From assembly GCA_963693365.1 (NCBI GenBank), contig CAVNZM010000002.1, positions 16,091,615 through 16,155,614 on the forward strand: a DNA stretch of 64,000 bases, written 5' to 3'. The stretch is from Amoebidium appalachense. Taxonomy: Eukaryota > Protista > Ichthyosporea. The position numbers were made by a program, and so were the translations under genes. The notes beneath the pieces were generated by a model. The model worked only from the letters and a program-made list of their open reading frames with translations. It was not told where the DNA came from and ran no database searches. Below are positions 27,911 to 58,452 of this stretch, in pieces (position 1 is the first letter of the stretch; each line of letters starts with the position of its first letter).

Positions 27911-29263
27911 CGTGGACACTGCCGGAGGCCCAGCCACATTCGACGGCCTACCGCGTTTTCCAGCGCAGCCAATCAAATGCAGCCAGTGAAATATGTACAT
28001 GCTAGGCAACAATGAGGCGTGGACACTGCCGGAGGCCCAGCCACATTCGACGGCCTACTGCGCTTTCCAGCACAGCCAATCAAATGCAGCCAGTGACATA
28101 TGTACATGCTAGGCAACAATGAGGGCCATCGTAGTATCTGACACCCCTATTACATATTATGGACTAAGCAGAGGCTAGCATCGGTAGCTCCAAAAGAAAG
28201 TTAAGGCACCGGATCACAATATCATACTGTGCAGCATTAATAAGGTGAATCAGATCTAGGATAGTCATCTTAAAACGGATATATTGAGGAAGAGAGGAAG
28301 AAAAGAGAATAAAACCGCCAATAACCTCCGGTTCTAATACATCAGCTAACAGGTTGCATTTATTGATGGATATGCAGCCGCGAGTAAACCGCCCCCCACA
28401 CATATTACACATACGAGCAGGAGACACCAGAAACCGATTACACCGCCAAGCCATAATCATCTTTGCGTTTTTACACCACACCACATTACGAATAAACGAA
28501 TCTATGTATGAACGAGACTCTCTAACCGTATCCGCCATATAGGCTACTAGTAGTTGGTGTTTTTGCGGTCCTAACACCGGAAGGGACTCAACTCGTAGAG
28601 TAAAAAGATATCTATCAGCCATAGACTTGAAACTATTCATATTCACACTATGATCTAGCCGTACCTCCGGTGGGGTCGCCAGCCATTCCACATAACGCTC
28701 GGCAATGGGCAGAGACGATGGGGAAGGGAAGAGGTAGAGGGGCGAGTCCGGCGGGGATGCGTGTAGCCGGAAGAGCGGGTCACCGTGGTCCGGGGCACAA
28801 GCGGACAGGCGGGTGATGTGCTCGTGAAATTTAAGGACTAATTCGTGTACGCGTTGTGATGGTGGTGTGAGTGCCTAGAGAGAATCAAAAAGGCGTCTAG
28901 GGATAGGTGTGGAAAGACCAGTGAGAAACGTACAACAAGTTGTGTAGTGGAAATCATCTATTGATTTGAGGACATTAGTAACAGTATCAGGGGTTGCCAT
29001 AGCTAGTAAGGGCAACCCGTATTCAGACAAAGGGCGAATATATGTGCGAAATATACTAAGACGATTGTATAGGTGGACAGTATGAGAAAGAGTAGCAAGA
29101 TACACATCCCTAAATAACCGAAGACACCTGCCTGCACTCTCCACCCGACGGTCGATCGTCCGTTTGAAACATATGCCCCATTCGTCCACCGGAATCCCCA
29201 AATACTTGTATTCGATTGGGCGAGGGAGGGGACTGCCGAAAATACAAACGTCGTCCAATGCCG
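27911..29263 (-). mobile_element. 5'-truncated second copy of the same LINE, inverted, with a tandemly duplicated ~105-bp 3' terminus
   Basis: Reverse complement of ~26621-27889 with scattered differences. Flanked by GCAATAAAAAGTGTRTAAACCCC at 27889-27911 and 29271-29293 (TSD, one mismatch). Confidence 0.9.
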
Positions 29264-30311
29264 ACGCAATGCAATAAAAAGTGTGTAAACCCCATGACTA
29301 ATGTATGATTCGATTGGTTGGTAATGTTTAGATATACTTTTTTATTGGCATCTTTGCGGCTCAGCCGCCCCGTGCACATGGCATTCATCATACTCGAGGC
29401 AAAAATTACCACTCCACTGGTTTGTCATATGTACATAACGTCACCACATTCCAAAGTGAACCTATAGTCATCAGAAAAGGGAATATATGATTCGTGTAGT
29501 TCTGGTGTCGTGCATATGCTTGTCGCAATTGATGTCGGGCATGTGTGAATTCGAAGTCTTGGTAAGGGTGTGGTTGGTCTTCCAGATATGTGTGTGTGTG
29601 TGTGAATGACTATGTGGGTGGGTGTCTGTCATTGTATGGTTTTATGTGCCTTACAGTCACTGTGGATGCAAGTGTCGGTGTGCACCCGATAATCATTCCT
29701 TTGTATCATATTCAGAGTGGTAAGGCTCTAGGACTCATACATGCATCTATACCAACGGAATAAAAGTACAGCTACACCTTGACATTGAAAAGTGATACAA
29801 ACAGTGTGTGTGGCACGCATGGGCAACCAAGGAATCGATGTGCAGGGGTTACCGTAGTTCGTGTGCAGGAATGAAGGGTACTCCCTTGCTTTCACACACA
29901 AATACAACCAAAATTTGTTTTCATATAGACACTCATTCGGAAACCCATTCTCAATATGTTTAAAAAATTCCTAACGCACATCAACCACATACATTCTTAA
30001 AACAAGAATCCGATCACAAAAAGACATCAATATAGACAGGCGCAGAGTGTTTTATGACGAACCAAGCCATTCATAACCCATACCTCACGCAACGAACACA
30101 CTCCATTATCCCAAATGCCCCACAAAACCCAAAAAACAAAACTTAGGCTTTCCGAGAGTTGGTGTAACAAACAAAAGGGGAGAATGGCACGGGGGAAAAC
30201 ATGAAACGGCTAGTGGGGAAACGGCCGGAAGAATAAGGCTTCAAAAATACTCGAAGAGATGAGCGGGAAAAAAAATGGAAAAACGGGACTGCATCACAGG
30301 GATGCATGGCC

Positions 30312-43643
<13,332 letters not shown>

Positions 43644-44518
43644 GTTGTCCTGGTTGCAGAAAGGCTCGAAGCCCCGATTTCAGGGCGACGAGCCAATGGC
43701 CAGAGAATGAGTGGTAAGTGGATCAAGAACTGAAACGGCCAAAGAAATATCTACAGTAGTAAAGCCCTACTGTCCTGACTACAAGCAGGTGACTTGGTTG
43801 GAGGAAGGATTTCTTAGGACCACATCACTTGACACGTGCACACGTGAGTGACCTCCTTTTCGCCAATGCTTCGGCGCACACCAGAAAGATGCACGCTCTT
43901 AGGTGCACCCTTCAGTTACTTCAAAGTACAAGCCCTATATTCCCTAATAATGTGTCACTTCTGACCCAAAGAATTGTGTGAAATGAACATGCACACGTGA
44001 ACGAAAAACGGGGCCCGGGCCGCTGCTGAGGAGAGGAAAGGGAACCCAGCCAGTCTCCCTTGAGAGGCTCTGAGTGTGCAAATGTACAAGATTTGGCAGG
44101 TTTTCAAAAACATCGAGGCGTTTGATTGGTGAAATAACAATTATAGAACGTAATTTAAGAAATTCGCAATGGGATGTATGCATTTTCATGCCAAATTCGC
44201 TACGGTCCGCTGCCCTGCAGCCATGGCCCAAGACCCTCAGACGTGAAAGGGGAGAGAGAGGGAGAGAGAGGGAGAAGTGTTTTCTCTAAACACAACGGCT
44301 AGTAATAGGAAAAGGCAGTGTTTTGTTTTCTGTTATACGCCTTGGTAATCTCTAGATCTCAATATAAAATCTCGAAGAAAAAACGAACGACAAACGACCA
44401 CAGCTCCTTAGATCTTATCTTGCCGGCCAAAACAACTGGCACGGGTACCAAGTTCTTTTTCTCGCTTTTCCTTCACACTGCTGAATTTTTTTATCTGAAC
44501 TTTCTATTATTCACCAGG
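43644..44518. promoter_or_regulatory. Probable bidirectional promoter between CMTR1 and the GST gene
   Basis: Divergent start codons 875 bp apart; microsatellite-free; CCAAT/ATTGG and CACGTG motifs present. Confidence 0.4.
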
Positions 44519-49993
<5,475 letters not shown>

Positions 49994-50178
49994 GGTGAGT
50001 TGCTGCCCGTGCCACAAACACAAACAAAGACAAAAAGAACAACAGCAGCACACACACTAACACAAAAACAACACTCACACGATCACACGCGCGCGCACAC
50101 ACATACACACACACACACACATTCTCTTTCTCTCTCCCCTCTCTCTCTCTTTCTCCCTCCCCACTTTCTCTCTCTCTT

Positions 50179-50221
<43 letters not shown>

Positions 50222-50272
50222 CCCTCCCTCTCTCTCCCTCCCCCCCTCCCCCCCCCCCCCCCCCCCTTCCCC

Positions 50273-50418
50273 TTGGGCCCTCCCTGAGGATGGGCCCTGC
50301 TTATGACGCATACTGTGCGCATGGATGATGTTGCATACTTGAATGTTTGCCTTTGCATGTGTCCTGCACCATGCTTCTCATCATGTATGCGTACCTCGTA
50401 CCGTGTTCCGCATTCAAA
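50273..50418 (+). mobile_element. Poly(C)-associated element, subfamily A, truncated copy
   Basis: TTGGGCCCTCCCTGAGGATGGG...CCGCATTCAAA with C-runs on both sides. Confidence 0.75.
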
Positions 50419-50425
50419 CCCCCCC

Positions 50426-50873
50426 AGTCTTCTTTCAGAGGTGTCCTTTCAGGACAGACCACTGTGTGGAGGCCGCTTTACTTCCATGCAACCGGGCATG
50501 GTTGCTCTGTGTCGTGCATCTGTAAGCACATACACAATTTTCGCTGCACTGCATTAGTTTGCACACACATCTTCACCGTTTTGCTCACCTTGCTTGCATA
50601 AGCAACCCTGCTCGTCTTTGATCAAGGCGGGTTGACCCTCCCAAGTTCAGTTGATGCTGCTGCTGTCTGAGTTGGAGAGTCGTATATACGCGGGCTAAGG
50701 GGTCGAAACTCAGACGCAATTGATGACTTGGGCCCTCCCTGAGGATGGGCCCTGCTTATGACGCATACTGTGCGCATGGATGATGTTGCATACTTGAATC
50801 TTTGCCTTTGCATGTGTCCTGCACCATGCTTCTCGTCGTGTATGCGTACTTCGTACCGTGTTCCGCATTCAAA
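50426..50873 (+). mobile_element. Poly(C)-associated retroelement fragment, subfamily A, long copy
   Basis: 3' ~145 nt nearly identical to 50273-50418, 45663-45810 and inverted 30786-30914. Ends GCATTCAAA+CCCCC. 5' limit uncertain. Confidence 0.72.
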
Positions 50874-51163
50874 CCCCCCTTCCCCTCCTCCTTCCCCTCC
50901 CATTTTCTCTGCACACTCAACAGGTCTTAACCAGCTCTGCACATCGTTAGTCACAATCTTCTCTCATATATGAGAGAATGATCGTATTGGTACGATTTGT
51001 CTAATATCTGACGATTCTGCAGCATCCCTAAGACCCCCCTCCCCACTCCCCCCCCCTCCCCCCCCCCCCCCCCTTTTTTTCTCTCTCTATCTCTTTTTTT
51101 TTTGGCACCTGTTGTTTTGCTTGTCATTTGTTGTTCTGGTTGATTACCTGTAAACTTCGCTTA

Positions 51164-51198
<35 letters not shown>

Positions 51199-51339
51199 TG
51201 TGCGGGGTTGCACACACCGGTGTCTACTTTTCTTCCTACTGTTTTTCTCTCCACACACTTCATCTGTCCACTTCTGCATACCCCCTCTCATAGCTATAGA
51301 CACACTTCACACATTGCGTTACGCGCACGCATGCACACA

Positions 51340-51998
51340 CCGCTCTGTTGGCGACAGCTCCCTTGGAACCCATGCGGCATGTTACCCGCCGGCGTAACAT
51401 AACTCGGACTATCGATTTGGCTTTTTTCAAGCCCAAAGCAATGGGTGATACCATATTTCCGGCTGACATCCGGGGGCATAGCTTTCCGTTCGAAGACGTT
51501 AAAGTTCCACCCTAGTAAGCGTGTTACTTCCCTGCCGCGTGGGTCAAATCTCATATTTTCCCCTCTGATTGCGAATTCTGCGGCCTTCGGGACTTAATTC
51601 TTTTTAGCTGGTGTAGTATGTTAGCCAGGGAAGTATCGACTTAGGTAGCGACGGGGGGGCTTCCTAGAAGCCCCGTCTCCTGAGTTCCTGTCTATATTTT
51701 TCTTGCTTCTGCTTACTGCTGCAACTTTAACCCCCGGCCTTTCCCACTGCCCTTGCCTGCATAAGCAACCCTGCTCGTCTCTGATCAAGACGGGTGACCT
51801 ACCCATGTTCAAGTGAAACAGTATCTGAGTTGGGTTTCGTTAACGAGGTGAATAGGTCGAAACTCGGGTACTGTGGATGACGTGGGCCCCCACTGAGGAT
51901 GGGCTCTGCTATATTGCATACTCTTTATGTATGGCTTGCATTCTGCATCGTGTTATCCGTTTGTTGTTGTGTACTTCGTACTTTTTGACGCATTCAAA
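51340..51998 (+). mobile_element. Poly(C)-associated retroelement fragment, subfamily B, longest copy (possible ORF tail plus structured 3' region)
   Basis: Ends GTACTTCGTAC...GCATTCAAA followed by a C-run. Its 3' ~95 nt match 136-231 in inverted orientation. Shares the structured domain with 50596-50760. 5' limit approximate. Confidence 0.7.
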
Positions 51999-52067
51999 CC
52001 CCCCTCCCGCCCCCCCTCTCTGCTCTGTCTCTCCCTCTCTTCCCCCCTTCCTCTCCCTGTCTCTCTG

Positions 52068-52105
<38 letters not shown>

Positions 52106-53232
52106 AGATAAAATGCAGACATCGGCTTAGTACCATTTACATAGAAATATAGGTTTCACGATGTGCCCAATCTGATCGAGCCAATCCACAGTGGGCACGT
52201 GTTGGGGGTGCGGCAATCGGCGCCATTTTGCTCCTGCGATTGCTGAGGGGGGGTGGGGCACCCGTACCGGGACCAAGTGCACCAATTATGATCACATTCC
52301 CGAACCTGCGTGTGTGATCCCTTCACTTGGCCGTCTCCTCTGTTGCCTTCTAGGAAGATTTCTTCTTCTTCTTCTTCTCTCTCTTTTTCGTCTCTCTCTC
52401 TCTCTCTCTCCTTCTTTTCTCCCTTTTTATTTTTATTTTATTTTGGGGGGGGGGGGGGGGGGGGGGGGGATTTTTGCGCTGTCTATGAATTTCAACACAT
52501 ACGAGTGTAAGCAATATTAGTATGGTGACTTCTTATATTGCCAGCACGTAAAGGTGCCGCAGTGTTAAGTTATTATTTCAGGATTAGTATTACTTTGTGA
52601 ATACTTTGGCTACATACGACGACAGGATACTTCTGCAGCCTCCACTCGACACACGAACTTTGAATGCTCGACAAGCTGTGGCCATGTGTAAATGAAATTT
52701 CCAACCCAACATATGCAATTGCGATTGCCAAGTGTCTCGTCCGGCAGCTAGCTAGCCCCCCGGGCCCTAGCTAACTAACTAGTTACTGTATGTGCCACCC
52801 CCCTTCCCCTCCCTCCCTCCCTCCCCCCCCCCCCCCCCCCCCCTCGTCCCCAATCCCCTCCTGCTTTTCCGACGCTTCCCCTCGAGATCATGTACATCCG
52901 CCATGGCCACCCCGTCCCCACTCCCATCACTTGGCCCCTATCCCTTTGCAATTGGTCACTGTGCTGCCACCACCACGTGCACGCCCGTACTCCAATATCA
53001 CCCTTGACTGTCATTCCAGTCAACTTGGCGCGGCCGTACTAAAAGCCTCGCGATCGGTGTGTTACAACTTACACTGTATAAAACAATAAAAAAAAGGGTA
53101 AGAATATGCATGTACATGACCATCAACTGCAGATACACCGATACAGAATATTCGTACGTGGGCCCAGCCTGATACATATGCATGTGAGGCCGGTGGGGAT
53201 ACGTAGTGAGGTTGCACCAGGTGAGCTGCTCC

Positions 53233-53266
<34 letters not shown>

Positions 53267-54574
53267 CCCCCCCCCCCTCCCCCCACCCCACCCCCCTCCC
53301 AAAACCGCCCCATTCCCCATTGATGTTGTAACCGTTATAGCATACATAGATATGATCAGATGCAACGGCAGCCGCCCGGCAGGCATACTGTTGCGGCCCA
53401 GGCGACAAACCGTTGCTGTGCCGGCTTGTGAGTGGCTCGTTTCGCACCATTGTTGCTCACGCATTTCTGATTGGTTGTCTGAAATTGATCCCTGTGGGTC
53501 CAGAGTGTCTCCCAATACCTCTTTGCCTCCTAAAGATCATGAGGGTCCGTCGATGAAGCCAGGCGGAGCATTTCTAGTAACAAGGCCAAGTAAAGCATAT
53601 ATTTTTGGCCTGAAACCAGCAAAAGGCACAAATTAGAAACTAAGTTTAACATAAGCGCTGCTTGTTTGTAATGTTTCCTCTTTCCCTCTATATTAGAGAT
53701 GCAAGTCACGTGCAAATAGTGAAAAGTTTTGTTGGCGGGGGTTTTTAACGGTAGGCTTAAATTTCGTTGGTTAGTTTTTATTCTTTAGCAGACATTTAGA
53801 ATTACCTTGTTTTGCGCCCCATCATATAGAAGGTGCTGGGTGATTGCTGTTATCGAGATCCAACCAATCAAGTCGCTTTCGTGTAGATTCAGATCTATTG
53901 TCGCTTCATCTTCACTGCATGCACCACCTTCTCTAACCAGTCTACACTTGTACGTTTTGCACACAGTGTAGTACAGACTTGCACATACGAAGAACATTCA
54001 GAACTAAAGGAGAAGGACATAACCAAAAGAAAGGAATACACTTTTTAGAAACTTTGCATTAGATACTACTTTATCCTCGCATCATTTCAAGCATCGCTAC
54101 ACTTCACATTCTACCTAACGATCACTTGTTCTGCTCGTGCATTTGGCAAGACTTAAGTCTTCAAGCTCAACCAAGACAAGGAAACACGAGCACACATATC
54201 CCTTCTTCACGTTCTAAACACTGTTCTATCGATCACACAGATTCCAATTTTACTGATCACTTCGCCCACAACATGTTCCATAACTCTGCACAGAGAATTA
54301 CTCTTAGCCTTCCTCCTCAATGAAACTATCCACACCCACCCATTTCTAAACAGAATTTGCATCCAACTCAAGCACTTTTCCGTTTGAGCTACCCCTTTTC
54401 ACGTAAAAATCGAAAGAAACAAGAGCTAGAAAGTGTCGTTAAGAATGTCGTCATCAGAAATGCAAAAGTTCAATCACATCCAGCCCCAGTCAGGGGTAAA
54501 ACGCCCTGGGGTTGTGGAACCAACCGTTGCACCGGAGCAGCCCAAATTCGACCCCGAAGGCACCATCCGGCAAA

Positions 54575-55162
54575 ATGGACAAGCAGTGGGACACAAATTT
54601 CCGCCAATGGGTCAAAAACCAGGAAAATGCAGAATGTTCTGGGCAGCATCTAGCAGGGATGTTGAAAGAATTTGACCTAAACAGAGCGGCTTGGGGCGTT
54701 AGATGGATAGTGTCCAACCCCAGCTGGCACATCAACAACATCGGCACCCTCCTCTGCACGGCCACTGCCACCTGGCCCATTAAGCAACGCGCACATCTTG
54801 CAAATCTTGTCTCAAACGACTGGCCTCTCTCCCCATACACCACCCGCCTAGTGTATCACATGATCGATCGCATGCAATATGAAGATGCCGTCGAGTTTGC
54901 CACATGGATTACCGAAACGTGGACCATCGACTCGGCGCTCCAGCTACTAGCAGAACTCAGCGTGCTGTATCAGTGGGACACAAAGTTGTTTGGTGCCATT
55001 GCGCTGCGTTTTGCATGGAATCTGAAGCGCTGTCGCAAGTTGACCCCGCTTGATCTCCAACACATTCACACGTTTTGCAGTGAGGCACACAGTGGAAAAC
55101 TGAAGGGGACGTGGTTGAAACCCGGTGCTACCACGTATGAGGAATCGCAGGCAAATGGGTAA
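54575..55162 (+). CDS. Unknown Trp-rich, probably helical protein (single exon, or last exon of a larger gene)
   Basis: Uninterrupted complex-sequence ORF (MDKQWDTNFRQW...EESQANG*) with no microsatellites. An in-frame TAA at 54497 bounds it upstream. No family recognised. Confidence 0.55.
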   Translation: MDKQWDTNFRQWVKNQENAECSGQHLAGMLKEFDLNRAAWGVRWIVSNPSWHINNIGTLLCTATATWPIKQRAHLANLVSNDWPLSPYTTRLVYHMIDRMQYEDAVEFATWITETWTIDSALQLLAELSVLYQWDTKLFGAIALRFAWNLKRCRKLTPLDLQHIHTFCSEAHSGKLKGTWLKPGATTYEESQANG

Positions 55163-55406
55163 TGTGGAAGGAAACATGGAGGCGCACTCTGTGCAACATG
55201 AACCTATGGAGATGGATGCATGAGTTTACAGCCATGATTTTAGAGGACCACACTCGAGATTTAGTGATGGCGATGTTCCATGGTGTGATTTAAAGACCTA
55301 GCGAAAGCGAAAGGACCAATTGGTCTGCCACAATAACTAGAGCTTGATCTGCTTCTTCTGAGTGCAAAGTTCTTTTACCACAAATGTTAATAGACATACG
55401 GCATGT

Positions 55407-55466
<60 letters not shown>

Positions 55467-56069
55467 CTCACTCACTCACTCACTCACTCACGCACACATA
55501 CACACACACACACCACTCATTTACTCACTCATATGCATGTACCTGACACACGCTCTACACACACTTACGCAGCCCTACCATTTACCGCTGCACACACACC
55601 GGGAGAAAGGTAATAGACTAGACCACCATTTTGCTCTAAAGCTCCCATACAACAACACAGCACACAATCATAGTAGTTGAAAAGTAAGACCTCTGACTTG
55701 AAGTCCGAATTCCGATCATGACATGCAACGAATATGGAAAATCACGAACGATATTTCGATGCTATCTGTCCCTCAAACATGCTGTTACAACCGTTTGATT
55801 GTATATGTACCACTTTTTGTTAAGTTTTTGAGTTTTGCTGGGTTTGCGATTTTCTGCTTCATTGCCTTCTTTCTACTGTATATTTGGTTGTAGGGACTCT
55901 TGCCCACTGAGCAGCTGCGAATGAATGAACGACACCAGGCAGCCGCCCCTGAATATTTTCGTTTCAACTGGTTCTTGAAGATCTAGTGCCTCATTGATAA
56001 TGCCGTAAGAATAAATATGAAACCCCAAACATATGTCACCCGTCTGCAAGACTTGTTCGAACCACCCCC

Positions 56070-56110
<41 letters not shown>

Positions 56111-56821
56111 CCAAAAAAAAAAAAAAAAAAAAAACGGATCCCCCAACCTCCACCCCCACTCCCACCCCACCCCTTTCCCAATCCGCATCCCCAACCCCCT
56201 CGTCACTCGCTCCTCTATGTATGCCTGTTTGCAATGTTTGAAATTTACTCAGCTGGGCGGGGGGGGGGGGGGGGGGGGGGGGGGATTCAATGGAGCATGG
56301 CTGGTCTGCCTTGTGTGTACATGTATGTGTTGCTGCATGCAAGTGTGTGCTGGCATCCACAGGCGTACATTTATGGAAACAGTTGTGCATAGTATTCTAC
56401 CTTTGCGTTATGAACAATTGCAAACCAACTTTACACGAATTAACTGCATACGGAGCAACAGATCTGACCGGATGGCTGGGACATGTATTGTTTGGAGTTG
56501 GGCATATACACTGTGGTTCGTTTCTAAAACTTTTGAAGTAGTACCCTCGGTATTCAACAATAGAAGATGGGCTCCCGTATTGTAAAGTTATAAGGGTACG
56601 GCCACATGTGAAAACAGGCATACAATGTATACATAACATGGTCCGGCAGCAGCAGGTGTTGTTTGTACGTACATGTTCAGGAGGGTTGATATTGCAGTCT
56701 TATGGTAAATTCCCGTCTACTGTCTTGATACATCCGAGGCTTTCATGCGCCCACCCGATAATCACAAATGTGCAGCCCTATCTGGACGACGACCCCCCCC
56801 CCCCCCCCCCTCCCCCCCTCC

Positions 56822-56854
<33 letters not shown>

Positions 56855-57054
56855 ACCACCACCACCACCACACCAACAACAAACAAAAAAAAACTTCGTT
56901 CACCATCAACCCATCACCCCCCCCCCCCCCCCACCACCACCACCACCCCCTCCCCCCCCTCACCCCACCCCCTTTCCCGCCGGGATGTTTCCGGTTCAAA
57001 AACTCATTTCAATACATAGGTGGATCCAGATAAACATGACTCATCTCACATTAT

Positions 57055-58452
57055 TCACTTCAGCCACTCTGCCTCGTGCACCCCCAGTGGTCCAGGGGGA
57101 ACCAACTCCACCCCAGCCATTCCCTCTACGTGCCCTTGGTGCTTTACCCTTTTCAGTGTCCCAAACCCACTCTCTACCGTCTCCATATACTCCTCAAAAT
57201 CTGTTACACTTAGGGGCGTCTGCACGGGCTCTTCAACCACTCCCAAAGACCACAAGAACTCAGCCATAGCAGCAAGCGAAGTGCTAATCGTCGCAATTTT
57301 TCCGTTCTTCTCCCTTTCCGTGATTGCACTCATGACCGCAGCAGCAAGAAGATGTCCTGTTGCGTGATCCAATGCCTGGACAGGGAGGGCCACGGGTGCT
57401 TGTTTTGCGTAAACTCGCATTCCATATTCGGCAATTCCGGTCGACATCTGCACCAAACTGTCAAACCCCCTTCTGCATTTCCATTCACCCGTCCACCCGT
57501 ACGCGTTAAGCCGTGCCACTATGAGGTTGGGCTGGTGCTCTCTGAGTGTCTCAACACTCAAACCGAGCTTGGACATTGCATCTCCCCTGTAGCCAACCAC
57601 CAACACGTCCGCCTCCGAAACCAGCTGCATAAACTTATCTCTCCCTCGGGGTGTTTTAAGGTCCAAATATGCTCGCCGTTTTCCTGCGGACGTTTCCGGA
57701 AGGGCTGCGGGGACGTCTGCAAAGTTGGGGGGGTCTATACGGAGGATATCGGCGCCGTATGCTCCTAGGGCACGTGTGCACACCGGGCCAGCAATGACAC
57801 GTGTCAGGTCAAGGACGCGGACCCCCCCCAGCGGCAGTGAATTTTCACCCAACCAAGGATGGGCCCTTCTGCTGTTTTGCGCCTGGTGGTAGGATGTATG
57901 AACGAGTGGCTCCGTGCAGGCGGCTTGCCCTACGACACTATCCAGCCATTCCTTTCTGGTATGCATCACTGCGGCACAACCACCCTCCCTCACCACCGCA
58001 CTTTCTAGTGCTTCTGATAACCACATGCTCACTGCTTTCTCCACTTCTCGTTTATCCGGCCCCACACCTAAAACACGCAAAACGGCATTGCGATGTGCTT
58101 CGTAGTTTGTGTGCAGCCGTATCCACCCAACATCTGTTTTGTAGTTTCCAGCGATGGGATCCCACAATTCCGGAACATTCCAACCTATACCGGAATTTAG
58201 TCTCTCACCGTGGAAGGCCGCCACACAACCCAACCTGTCTACAGTAGCCTTAGGAAGCTCTTGCTTATTTCTTTGCGCAAAAATTTCTGCTGCAGCCAAA
58301 GCTGTGGCCCCGACAACACCTACACACAGTTCGGAGAGGTGAAACGGGCCCATGGGTGGTGGTGGCTGGATGCCGGTCACTATAAGGCAGGAGAGGAGGG
58401 AGGGATTCCCTCCTACCGCTGCCCATACCTGTTTGAGGGCTTTGGCTTCCAT
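57055..58452 (-). CDS. CoA-transferase family III (CaiB/BaiF), 465 aa, intronless
   Basis: Motifs PLGGVRVLDLTRVIAGPVCTRALGAYGADILRID, GKRRAYLDLK, ADVLVVGYR, GFDSLVQ (catalytic Asp) and QALDHATG. Confidence 0.93.
   Translation of the reverse strand: MEAKALKQVWAAVGGNPSLLSCLIVTGIQPPPPMGPFHLSELCVGVVGATALAAAEIFAQRNKQELPKATVDRLGCVAAFHGERLNSGIGWNVPELWDPIAGNYKTDVGWIRLHTNYEAHRNAVLRVLGVGPDKREVEKAVSMWLSEALESAVVREGGCAAVMHTRKEWLDSVVGQAACTEPLVHTSYHQAQNSRRAHPWLGENSLPLGGVRVLDLTRVIAGPVCTRALGAYGADILRIDPPNFADVPAALPETSAGKRRAYLDLKTPRGRDKFMQLVSEADVLVVGYRGDAMSKLGLSVETLREHQPNLIVARLNAYGWTGEWKCRRGFDSLVQMSTGIAEYGMRVYAKQAPVALPVQALDHATGHLLAAAVMSAITEREKNGKIATISTSLAAMAEFLWSLGVVEEPVQTPLSVTDFEEYMETVESGFGTLKRVKHQGHVEGMAGVELVPPGPLGVHEAEWLK

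Noticed and set aside
50634-50704. Canonical HDV-like ribozyme
   Set aside because: P2- and J4/2-like parts are present, but P1, P3 and P1.1 cannot be formed in the required order.
50721-50742. Box C/D snoRNA (TGATGA...CTGA) or SECIS element
   Set aside because: The boxes are only ~12 nt apart, box C is not conserved in subfamily B, and SECIS geometry is not met.
50665-50750. Canonical hammerhead ribozyme from CTGAGGA and GAAAC
   Set aside because: No stem II links CUGANGA to GAAA in any permutation I could build; kept only as part of the unknown fold.
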